Positions 52,975 through 64,000 of a stretch of DNA of 64,000 nt are shown here, one piece after another. The stretch is taken from assembly GCA_003971905.1 (NCBI GenBank), contig RSEE01000110.1, positions 62,001 to 126,000 of the forward strand, in the 5' to 3' direction. The stretch comes from Moniliella sp. 'wahieum' (taxonomy: Eukaryota). A program made the position numbers and the translations under genes. The notes below the pieces were generated by a model. It was given only the letters and a program-made list of their open reading frames with translations. It made no database searches and was not told the DNA's origin. The stretch's first letter is position 1; every line of letters begins with the position of its first letter.

Positions 52975-54561
52975 GGTGGTGGCTGGTGCTTCAGGCAAAC
53001 AAGGTGGGAAAAAAAAAGTTCAGAGTTCCCACTTCAAGCTTCATGAACATCAGTCGGTGCAAAAAGGCTGAACGTTTCAACTGATCTTCGAAGTGTTCAC
53101 TACTGGGGGCACAGCAGGCCACAGCGCAAGCGCGGTGTTGTCGTACAGAGACCCTACCACTACCACTTCTTTCGCTACTCGGAGGCCTGCTCCCTCTATG
53201 GGCGGAGGCACTTTTCTGAGAGTTACATGTATCTCAATCGCATTTATGTCCTTGGGGTGGCAGACACACCAGCCACGACAAGCCCCCCCACGCCGCTGCG
53301 CCGTATGATCAAGAAGAGGAGCATCTCCATGTCACAGTCCGGAAGCCTCCCTCCGCCCTGAGCCTCCCCGAGTCTAACAGGAATTCTTCTCACACCTCCT
53401 TGCGCACGGACGATACCCCTGTAACTGGAGTATCGTCTCTCCCCTCTTCTCCCTCACCACCGGCTCCGTCGTCACACACCATACCAAGACTATGCTATAT
53501 GGACTCTTGTGCCTCACCTTCCTGTGATGTTGGTACTGCGTGTGGTCTCCACCGCTCGCGTCGATACATTGCCACTGTGCAACAGGCGCGATACCTGGCC
53601 CCTTCAAAATAACGGTAAGTCTCTTTCGCTTCTTGTGAAACGAATCATGTGATTTCCCTGGCCCCACCTGCTGCCTCACCCAGCACATTGTTCCTCATCT
53701 TAAAGGCGACGGAATGGCTCGGTCAATCGGTACGACGTAGGGATGGGAGCATCCTTGTTTCACCCTCTGTTTGCGGTGCTGGTACCCACCCTCCCCCACT
53801 CCTCTCCTTGTCGACATTGTACTCATGAGCTATACCTAGCCCGATTGGCCTTTTCGTATTGGACCCACAGGTGGGGTTTGGTGCCGTCTACCTCGGGTTC
53901 TTGCCTGGACGGCGTAATGCCATGTCCTGCGCTCCCCGCACCACCGAGAAGCACTTGAACGGCGGCTACGTGAGCTGGTCGACGGGCACATGTACTGCCC
54001 CCCGGACAAAGCAGGAAGAAGGAGGGGAAGCGTTATTGTGGGCGCTGAAATTGGCCCGGAGGGGATTAGAACACAAGTAAATCCCCTCGCTCATTACGCT
54101 CGTAATGATGAAGAAACAACGATACAAAAGCCGGTATAATACCGACAATGAGTCCCCAGGTCAACCTTTTGACATCCGTATCATAACGAAGAAGCAAAGT
54201 ATAATAGAAGTGTGATATTTGTGGCATGGCCGCATATCAGGCCTCAGGGCCTCAGGTACGAGAGAGCAGGTTGATGGAAAATGCGCAGTACAGAAAGAAA
54301 GAGTGGCGCGAACCAAGAGCGATGGCAGAGTCAAAAAGAGGACGTGGAAATCCATGATGTCGGCGGGAAGTCGTAGTGGATATACACGACAGTTGAGATC
54401 ACCAGGAGATCACCAGCACAATCAGAGACTTGGAGACTCTGCCTTCATTCCTATTTCAAAAGAGTCCATTCGTGGCAATTGTTACAGCTTGGGGCAACGG
54501 CCATGGGTACAAAAGGCGATATTCTCAGAAGGGGGATGTAGGATGGATACCAAGGAGGAGC

Positions 54562-56411
54562 TTAGCACGTGTGCAGGAGCCGATTTTTCGGCCAGCCGTA
54601 CAACTCCTGCGGCCAATTGGTCAGGTTGGGATTGTTGTACGGTTCAGGATGGGCATCAATGAAAGCTTTGGTGGGATGGTCAGGTGGGTCACACGAAATC
54701 CGGGTTTGTTGCGGAGGCTGGTAAAGTCGAACATAATCCACGCTCATGTACGCGGGGAAGGTGAGCTCGTCCCAATGGATCGTAGTGAATCCCGAGCTAA
54801 TACCTATTGGAGAATAGTTAGATGAAAGTCAAGGAAAACATCAGTCAAATGGTGGGAAGGGGAAAGAAGAGGGACGTACCTAGATTCATCACGATTGACA
54901 TGGGCTCTTGTGGGATCAGGCGTTGGGAGATATTGGCGGCCTCATTTGGGCCGATAGAAGCTGCTGTCGCGGTCCATGTGGGAGAGCCGTCCACGTACCA
55001 GGTGATAAACCCGTTCGTTCCATCTCCATTTAGATCAGGTTCGTATTCAATGGCGAACTCGACATATTCCGAAGCCGGGTCGTCGCGGTACGCTTTATCG
55101 GGCACCACAGCCACGCCAGAAACGGCTTCTTGCCAGACCCCACCCGTATAGGTGTTGAACGTAGTCTCACCATACAGCTTTGCTGACGCGTTGTTCCACC
55201 AATACGAGGCATCAAATGGCGCGGTTTGCACAGACTGAGATACCCTCCCTCCTGCCTGTTGGTTCTGTACTTCGGCCAGGTCGATTTCTGGGGCCGAGCG
55301 ACCCACACCCACGTTCGGCCCTGGATGGTCCTCGCCCGGGCATGTGCACGAACTCGCTCGTTGGCCTGGGAGGAAGGAGAGCTTGTGGTCGTACTGACCC
55401 GAGTATTGACCATGCGCATTGATCGCTGCTTCGGGCCCAGTTCCCTGCGGGTTGGTCTGATTGGGAAGGGTACCCCAGTCGCAGGCGTCATAGGAGTAGC
55501 TATTAGAGTATATGAGTCAGTGTGGGACCCAAACAAGTAAAGTGGATGGAAAAAGACATACGGCCACATGCCTTCGGTCGAACCCAAATAACCAGGGCGG
55601 CCCAAGTTCCCCATGGTCCAGAGACCGGGCCACCACCCCCTTTGTGACGAGGTGCCAGGGAGCTTGACAGCCATTACGAGGTATCCTCCCTGGAAGCAGA
55701 GTTTGTTCCAGCTCTGAAGCATGCCTGATTGAAAGTTGAGGTTGTGCGAATCCTTCTGGATCATAGTTAAGAGCAGTGCGCCATTGGTGGTGTTGACCTG
55801 TTCGGGCGAGTACCACTCATAGTCGACTGTGGCACCGTACCAGATATCCATAGCCTCCCAGAAGGGGTCTTCGCCCGGGTAGAAGGTGCGTCCCTCTTGA
55901 TTGAACTCGTCTGAGAAGACCAGAGAGTATTGGTTGTTGGTAGCGGGGGAGGTAAAGTGATACGCGTTCTGAGGAGTATCGGGGTCGATCAGCTGGGGCA
56001 AAGACGGGAGGGATGCGACCTGGCCGGTCGAGTTGAGATTGACATATTTGTGGGTATGATGAAGGAAATGCCGGAGAAGAGGATAGCCGGCAAAAAGCAT
56101 GAGGCAGCCGCCAATGACGCCAAAGAGGAAAAGGAGGTTGACGACTCCCCTCCAGTCGATTCCGTGCCACCCACGGTCCTTCTCGCCAGGGCGCATGGAA
56201 TGCAAGTCATCGTCTGGCTCAGCTTCGAAACCCCAGTTATTTCCCCAAGCGGGGGCGGCCATGGCACTGGTGTGGTAGGGGTGGCAATGGAGGGATCATA
56301 CTTGCGTGGTGGTGGGGTGGCGCGTTGGGGGCCGCGACGGGAGGATTGATGGGTGTCGATCGAGGAAAGCGCTGAGGCCGTGGCGGGGCGGTAGGCGTTT
56401 TGGTACGACAT
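54562..56411 (-). CDS. Beta-1,6-glucan synthesis-associated GH16 protein, Kre6/Skn1 family
   Basis: EAEPDDDLH; TM segment RGVVNLLFLFGVIGGCLMLFAGYP; LVFSDEFNQEGRTFYPGEDPFWEA; SGMLQSWNKLCFQGG; WPGLWTMGNLGRPGY; GRSAPEIDLAE; IPQEPMSIVMNLG; VDYVRLYQP. Confidence 0.95.
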
Positions 56412-57246
56412 GTTCGCCCAGGCTGCTGCACCAGCTGCTGCTGGTGGGGGGGGAGGGGGGGTGGGGGGGGAGGGGGCGGGAGGGAGAGGAAGCGGTGGCG
56501 CGAGAAACACGAAGGGCCAACCGAAGTCGATGCGGACGATTGGGATCTCGCTAGGCGCTATAGTGAAATCCCTAGCCACTAGTCGCTAGTTTTACTGAGC
56601 GTGCTGGCCAAGGCCTGGGGCGCGGGCTGGGCAGCCACTAGCACGCATGTCTGCGCTCTGTGCCCTCCTGTGCCCTAACCGGCTAACCCCCCCTCTCTCA
56701 GCCTGCAAGCGCACTGCGCATTGCTCTCGCGTCCCAGCACTAGCCTTCGGAGCAGAAGCGACGTTGAGCCTGCAGAATGCCTAAATGGCCTAAATAGAGG
56801 TTTGCCAGGGTCCAACGCCACGCCGTGCCTTTCCCCGCAATGGGCGACAATGGCGCGCTGCCCCCCTGTCTCTCGTCGCGACTAGCCGATCATCGATCAT
56901 CGATCACAAGGCGCACTGGAAGGACGGCCGGCGGTGGCAAGGACAGCCCCGCGGGGTGGAAGCACGGGCCCAGAGCCTCCCGGGGCAGCCGATAGCGCTG
57001 CATTTGGCGCAGCCTGGCGCAGCGCTGCCATCGACCCTCCACCCGCCGATACGTAGTAGACGCTGGGATGGGATCGATGCGCTTTTGTGTTCCGCCCCAC
57101 CTGCTGGCGCCTGCCGGTGCAGCATGGCAGCCCTGCCGGTGACTCCCCCCGCACCAGCCAACTCAGGCCGATGAGGCGCCCCGAGCACACATGGCAGACC
57201 AGGTAAAACCCTACTGGTCGTCGCATAGTGGAAAACAATCTTCATT

Positions 57247-57720
57247 TCAAGCTTCAGCGCTTCAGCGCTTCAGCGATCATCGATTCGGTCACCGGTCAGT
57301 CAGGTACTGTCACATGTCCACAGCACATCAGTGCATCGGCTATGCAGCCCTTGCGCAGCAATCGACAGTCCCCAGGCCTCAGGCGCCTCTGGCACCATCG
57401 CATTGCCACGCGTGTGATAGGGGATGCATAAAGAGACTGGCCTACTGGGCGTCTATGCTGCATGCGTGACAGTCGCATGTTCATAGCATGCACATGTGGG
57501 GAGATTTGTTTTGGTGATTCGGCGTTGTCCGACTTACCGGTTACCGGTTACCGGTTACCGCACAAAGTCAACATTCAATATTCAACGTTCAACAACTGCA
57601 CCACTAAACTTGGACGTTTGTAACGCTCACCTCACCGCCTCACCCTCGGCCAACTCTTCCGTAGCCCACGACGAGAGGAAAAGGTGCCAGAAGATGGTCG
57701 CCCCTCAGGCCTCAGGCCGA
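57247..57720. repeat. Cluster of TNA-palindrome heptamer arrays upstream of KRE6-like gene
   Basis: TCA-AGCT-TCA-GCGC 57247; TCA-CCGG-TCA 57289; (TTACCGG)3 57534; TCA-ACAT-TCA-ATAT-TCA-ACGT-TCA 57568; (TCAGGCC)2 57705. Also (TCATCGA)2TCA at 56890. Confidence 0.9.
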
Positions 57721-58075
57721 GGCTCAGCTGGGCGCTCACGTCTGGGTGTGGACGGTGCCCCAACATAAACATGTGGAGTGTATGCAGCTTCTTCCTAGAG
57801 AGGATAGAGGAGGAGGGGATTTACTATGGAGAAGAAAGAACGCAGTTTTACATCTCCATCTTCTCGTACTTACTCCAAGCTACACCGGAGTATGAGCACT
57901 GAGTAAGAGACCTCATTAGCGGCTCTTTCAGGAATCAGATCAATGTGATCACAGTGGCATTATGGCCTCTCCGCGCAAAACAGCGTAGCCGCCTATTGAA
58001 TCGCTCCATATATTATATACCCGAAAGATTGATTGACGTGGTGGGAAATCGAAATTGAGGCGGTGATAGGAGGCT

Positions 58076-59937
58076 CTAGAGTCGCGCTTCAGACCACTCA
58101 CTCTCGTCTTTGGACAGGGGGAAGAGCAAGGCCTCCTCCAGCCACTGACTCGCCATATCCGCGCAGAGATCCGGGTAGATTTGGGGCATCATATGCTGGG
58201 CCCCCTCAACGAGCACAGCCTCTCCACGGATAGGAAGGCACTGCAACAGAGTGGGCCAGTCTTTAAAGGGTGGATCACTTGGGTAGCGAGCCAGGTTAGC
58301 CTGAGTGAGTGCGGTACGCATCTTCTCTCCATTGGACCGTTGGAGTTTCAGGGACATGGCGGGTAAGTGGGACGCGTTGAGGGGAAAGCACGGACGCGAG
58401 TGAAAAAGGGAAAGGGCGTATCGTGTACAGGATAATCGGTACCACAAAGAACGTACAGTCGGCCCTGAGTGGGGGGATGAAACGCACCGAAGCGCCCACT
58501 GGTGTTAGCCAGATGGACATAGACACTGGGCCATCCTGCCGCGTAGACTTCGGCTTCGGCCATCTTGTTGTTGTTCAGGGCTACACCATCAGGGCGAAAG
58601 GAAAAGGCGAAGCGGAGATAAATAGCAATCGCCTCTTCCGTCCAATTCGGATAGGCGCGACGGATGGCGCTCTCTGCCATTTGCTGATTAGGAAACAGAT
58701 CACGTCGTTTACGCACCAAGTGGGCCAGCTTGGTGAGCCCTCGTTCTAAGCTCGTCCAAATGGGTAGGCCACGCGGTATCTCTTCCAATTCTTCGTTAAG
58801 AAGAGGTGGTATATCCCGCACAGCATAGAAAGGTGGCATATTGTAAACAGGATCGAACAAGATACCAGTGTGGAACAGATCTGGACGAACGTTTAGTGCC
58901 ATCCCCCCTAGTGCGCCACCCATACTGTGGCCGACAAAGATAGTGCGCGGACGAGGGCGATCAGACGCAAGGCGAGGCAGGACTTGGGGTGACCATTTAT
59001 CGGATGGGGGGAGGTAATGGTCCACAAACTGGATGTAGTCACGGCACAGATCCGGCCAAAAAACAACTGTTTTCAGGACAATAATCTTCTCTGTTAGTAC
59101 AGTAGTGACTGTTTCCGTACCATACAGCATTTTAGGTCAGAAAAATTCTGGACTTACGACCATGTGCGCTACCTTCACGATTCAGATCCGCCGCCTCACC
59201 CGATATGAGGTTGTCCATAGTCCAAATGTCGCGGATCTTCACCTTGTTGCCGTGCAGACGGTGAACCAACATGCGCAGAAAGGCTCGAATATCTGCATAA
59301 TGGAGATCAGAGTCTCTTCAGATGCGATGCCCCCTAAATTACCCATTATATAGAAAGAGATTAAAGGCCCACAAACGTACCTCTTTCACCATCCCTGCTC
59401 CATGAGCCAGAACTAGGGTCACATCCTCCCCTTCCTCATCGAGAGAAGCAGAAACGGGGAAGGAAGGGGAGATTCGTTCGACGACACCCCATAGTTGACG
59501 TTGCTTGTCACGAATACGTTCTTCTAGAATTCGCTTCTTCTCTTTTTCCCAAGGGGAGCTGGGTGCAGAGCCAAGCGCTCGATATGAGGTTGCAATGCCT
59601 TCCACCCTTCTGCTGATTCTTCTTTGCTCAGACCCGGGGGGAGAAAGGCTTGACCCTCGGGCAAGGTTGCCTCCCGTAGCAGGCGCGGCCATGCAGCAGG
59701 GAAGGTGTGCGAACGGCTGATCCAAGCCACGCCGTCGGGACCGTAGAACGCCACCCTTTCGCCCCGTAGGCCGTTTGGTAAACAATGAAAGGTGGCTCCA
59801 ACGCGTCACATACGTCAAAGGGGACTTGGAGACCTTCGTACGTCTCCCTGAGTTCGCAGGGGAAGGAGGGGTAGAACTACCTCACTCGGGTCGGCCAAGG
59901 CCATACGCAAGGCTTCTTTGTTGACGCGTAGTGTCAT
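58076..59937 (-). CDS. Alpha/beta hydrolase (Lpx1-like) with PTS1
   Basis: SHTFPAAWPR; TLVLAHGAGMVKE; nucleophile elbow FVGHSMGG; LFDPV; KRRDLFP; VEGAQHMMPQ; ends SEARL*. Start approximate. Confidence 0.82.
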
Positions 59938-61487
59938 ATATCCAAAGCAACTTGGAACCGTGGCGGGCTGATGTGAGATATGATAGGAATGGAAACTAGA
60001 TGCGCATGATGCTGGAAGACTCTCTTTATACTTATTAGGTGCCCCCCCTTCAGTCTCTCCTTAAGCCTATATCGGTGTTTCGTTGTTTGATTGGGTCTGT
60101 ATTTTCCTTTTTCCTCTGCACAGCCTAGGCCCTGGCAGCGACTGTGGCTGTGCTTGATGCAGGAGCGTCATGTTCCTCTGTAAGTGTTCCTGGCTGGCTT
60201 CACTAGACCACCACCACAACACTAGTGCGATTGTATCGTCTTCGAGGGCCACTGCTAGGACTCGAGAGGTTTCCCTGCATCATCACCTACACTGAATTCC
60301 GCATGAAAAAGCGAACTATAAAGCGCTAAAATCTGCTAAGGACATACTTAGAGGGGCACAGGGAGGATACTAAAGGGAAGATTATGTTCCAAGTTTTTTG
60401 CCCACCGGATATAGTTGCCCTCTGATTAATGATTGTACCGAGCATCCCAAACCGCGCATCTGTTCAAGCGGCGGGACAAAGGTCCTAATACGCCCTAGCT
60501 GTAAAGTGTGCGCTCTGCTTTCGTTCGCGCCGCAAGACGATGAGAATGCCAAAACGATTACCGACTGGTGAGCCAGCGCCTCAGCCCTCCGCACAGGAGG
60601 GCTCTCGTATGGGAGAGTGCACAGGCACCATGAGCGATGGACGCCCCAGCAGGAAGCGGTCCGATATTGCGTTAAATTAACGTTACCTGTATAGTATGAT
60701 TGCTTCGATAGTAACACTGATACACACTGATGCTGCCCGCGCTATTTTAGTCTCTCTGACGACACCCACCTGGGTACTGTGATATAAGATACTGTAGGTA
60801 CAACGATTAGATGCTCGGCATTACCTTAAAACTTGGCCCTAGCTGTCTATCATATCTCTGTCTTTCTCTTCGAGGGAGAACCATTTTGGGCTTTCCAGCG
60901 AAAACAAACAAGACCATTGAAGAAAGAAGGGGGCTTTGACTTGGAGGCATGGTATGCGGATGTAATACCCCATGGTATATGGATGTAATACCCGTAGTTA
61001 TCGTCAGCAGAGTCAAACGTGAATCGTCCACTCTACTCATGCAGCTCTGAGTTGTGATCCATTGGTTGCGCAGGTATAGCATTGTTTCTCCCACCAAGTT
61101 ATGACTTTGCCTTTCCCCGACTTCGCCCACAAAATCACATACAGAGCATTTCCGGTCCTATGGATGCCCGAATCTTGGGATAACGCTACCGTGAGCAATA
61201 TAGGACTTTTCCTGGAAGCAAACCTACTATTGATCCATGGTCGTCGTCGAGGTAAGATGGTTAACAGGAAGCGGATCGATGAGTATAACGAGAGGTGGGT
61301 AACGCAGGCCAGAACAAGATTCAATGACCTTGTCCCTCGTTACCAAGAGGGAAAGTGCTCGACGAACACAAGCAAGTAAATGCGGTAAATCATGGAGACC
61401 AGGAAGCATTGGATATAGGTCAATGCTTGATGGCCTTGGCTTGCCTACCCGTAAATCGTCGAGTGAGACGCATCGTTGCCGTCCAGG

Positions 61488-62370
61488 CTACACCAGCGTC
61501 TCATTCCGTACAGGCGAATGAGGAGGATCAAATTCTTGATGCTCCTGAGGGTGCCTCGGCTCTTCTTCCATGACGCGCCGTGGCCGCGGTGCTTGTCCCA
61601 GCTGAGAAAAAGAGGTAATCCCAACAATCGACTCGGTCCCATGGTCGGGGAGTGGGTTTAGTGCACTAGCACTGGTGAGGTAATTGATCTCCTGTAGACA
61701 TCTGGGTTGGATTAGCCCCAATTTCTAACAAGATGGGGTAAAACAAGGTATAAGAGGAGGACATACTGCTGCATAAAGTCCCTGCTTCGCGCTTTGGACT
61801 TAGGGTCTTTCTGGGCTAGCAGCACGCTGGAACCAGAGGGGGCGGCGCCGAGCGCCGAACCGGGACGAGACCCGCGTGACGAGAGCGGGCGAGAGGGAAG
61901 GATGTTGGCGATCTGAGCGTGAATAGGGTGAGGGGGGTTCCTCCTCCTCGTGAGGTTCGTCGGGATGGTCGTTAGAGTGTCCCTCGGAGGGGAGACAGGG
62001 GAAGCGGGGCCTGAATCTTGAGTGGCGCCCGCGGCCGCAACGAGGTAGCGTGCCCGTTCCTGGCGGAGCGCAAACTCGAGCATCTTAACACGGCGCATCA
62101 GATCGGTCTTGGCATTCTCCATACTCGCTCGCTCCCCTTCGAGCAGGGCAATGCGGGCTCGCATCTCAGCGCGTTCGATCTCCCATTCGTTGCGTTCGCG
62201 CTCGTATTGCCGCCATTCGGATTGGAGGTGGTGGAGCACCCCAGAGAAGGTTATTGGCTGGTGTCGCTAAGACCCATCAGGCCGGACCCGCTTCCCGTCC
62301 CGTTGTCTCCAATCCCCCCACTTCCACTTGCACTCCCGTTCCCGTACTCGTTGGCCATCGTTGTTACCAT
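61488..62370 (-). CDS. Striatin family (Far8/Pro11) N-terminal region; no WD40 domain seen
   Basis: TFSGVLHHLQSEWRQYERERNEWEIERAEMRARIALLEGER..DLMRRVKMLEFALRQER; KARSRDFMQQ, intron, CLQEINYLT. Confidence 0.85.
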
Positions 62371-62553
62371 CCAGGAGCTCCACTTGCTCGCCACGTCCAG
62401 AAATCGAAGCTAGAAAGGACCAGGGGGGCTGAGCTAAGCAAACGAAATGTTCACAAATGCAATTTACTCCACATTTTTATACCAGGCACCGCTTTACCAT
62501 CAGGCCAATAGTCCTTCAGAATAAAAGAACGAGTATAGTATGATGATGGCCAG

Positions 62554-63995
62554 TGAGTACTGAGTATACAATTTGGAGAGTGGGTGGGGAAGGCAACATG
62601 TAACGTAGATCACTAGTGACATGTGGCCCGACCTCTGCTCCTGGCGTTACGCGTTATAGCCCGCATACAGGTCAACGTTGAGTGTTATGGGGTGGAATAC
62701 GTTGTCGAGTGCTGAAAATCTTCGTGCGCAAAACTCAGAGGCTATGCCAACAACTTGTGGGTTAGAGGGATAATGGTAATTGCTCCAGAGGAGGCGGCTT
62801 ACTAGCTGGTGGAGAAAACGTCAAAAAAAGTCACAGGAGCAGAATGACTGTGTCAAGATTGACGATCGGATGACATGCATAACACGGATAATGGAACCGG
62901 GACCAGATAAGTTCGCGACGGTCCAATTCTTTTGTGGCAACGGAGGCGGAATGGACATCCTTATTCATTGATCGCCGAGACCATCGATCATCGACCAAGC
63001 TGTCCCTCAGTGAAAGTCACTAATTGATGAGACCTGCAATCCACTGGTGGTGGTAATGATCTAAGCCAACCAGTAACGCCTACAGAGGAACATCAAATTT
63101 CAAGCAGGGTGTCGCCACCAGGGGCTAAGCTGCGGAACAAGGAAAAAACAGCAGAGTGAAGACAACGGAACTCCTAGGCCCGAGGCCCGAGGAGGAACAG
63201 AAGGGATGTTGGCCGGAGCACGAGCCAGCCGGTGGCTCAACGCTAGTGAGTGACTATGACTAGTAACTAGGAACTTCGCTAGTGCGCGTGAGCCTCACGG
63301 GTAAGTCTGAGATATCTGAAGGTCTGAGAGGGTGACCGTGACGCGCTGATACCTGAGGCTCAGGCCCCTGAGGTCGGGCGTTGATTGGTTGATTCAACTG
63401 GGGAGTTTGAAGCTACTCAGCTTGAAGCTTGAAGCTCTTGGCAAATGGGTAGAAATCCACCCGCCTACCACCGGCCACCGATCGCCAAACGCAAATCACT
63501 TGCAGGCCCCAGCAACAAAGAAACAAATAGGGTTGGCCTGAACGAGTACATCATGCGGTGATCGGTGGGTGGCTCTGGATGCATCATGCATCATGCATCA
63601 TGCACATCATCGACATCATCTGCATCTGCATCATCCTGCATTGCATGATCGATCCATCGACGCGCGACGAGCGAAGCGCATGACGAGGACGAGTGACCGA
63701 TGACCGGCCAGTGACCGGAGTGACCGGTGACCGGTGACCGGCGACCATTGACCAGGTGGCACGCGCCACGATCCTCTTCTTGTTAGATAATCCAGTAGTA
63801 CTTCAACTTTTTCCCATGTCTCCCTTCTAGCCATGTCACTCTCCTCTACGTCTACTCGTACTCAGTACTCACTACCAACGAATCTTTTACCTACCTGAGT
63901 TATCAACTTGAGTACTCGTTGAGTACTCGGTGCTACTCGTCTTCCCTCGACTATACAGCGACGTTTTTCAGCTGTGATGCATGATGCATGATGCA
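62554..63995. repeat. Dense cluster of TNA-palindrome heptamer arrays upstream of striatin
   Basis: TGA-GTAC-TGA 62554; TCA-CTAG-TGA-CATG 62610; TTA-CGCG-TTA ~62647; TGA-CTAG-TAA ~63257; (TGAAGCT)2 ~63423; (TCATGCA)3 63584; (TGACCGG)3 63721; TCA-GTAC-TCA 63862; (TGATGCA)3 63975. Confidence 0.9.
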
Positions 63996-64000
63996 TGTGG

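Noticed and set aside
63570..63760. CRISPR-like array
   Set aside because: Eukaryotic context; units are 7 bp with no 25-40 bp repeat/spacer structure and no cas genes.

Overview
Eukaryotic (fungal) DNA, most likely a basidiomycete and probably Ustilaginomycotina. This is judged from compact, intron-poor, GC-rich genes with GT..CTRAC..YAG introns and intron-containing tRNAs. Recognisable genes: three paralogous F-box genes (two on -, one on +), TAF5, tRNA-Lys(CTT), TRS120, an HxxxD acyltransferase, a 4CL-like acyl-CoA ligase, a decayed eIF5A copy, a D-2-hydroxyacid dehydrogenase, tRNA-Arg(CCG), a small secreted protein, DUF1769, a GH3 beta-glucosidase, a GMC oxidoreductase, UPF3, MRPL31, RPA34-like, KRE6/SKN1, an alpha/beta hydrolase and a striatin N-terminus. 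Nearly every CDS, including essential ones, has single-base frameshifts. These are probably uncorrected long-read indels, so gene ends are approximate. The most unusual signal is non-coding. Upstream regions are full of 7-bp-period arrays built from one rule, [TNA + 4-bp palindrome]n. At least 14 of the 16 possible palindromic cores are used, sometimes with different cores chained in phase. Second is the F-box family: the + strand copy is a mosaic of the other two copies plus a third sequence type.
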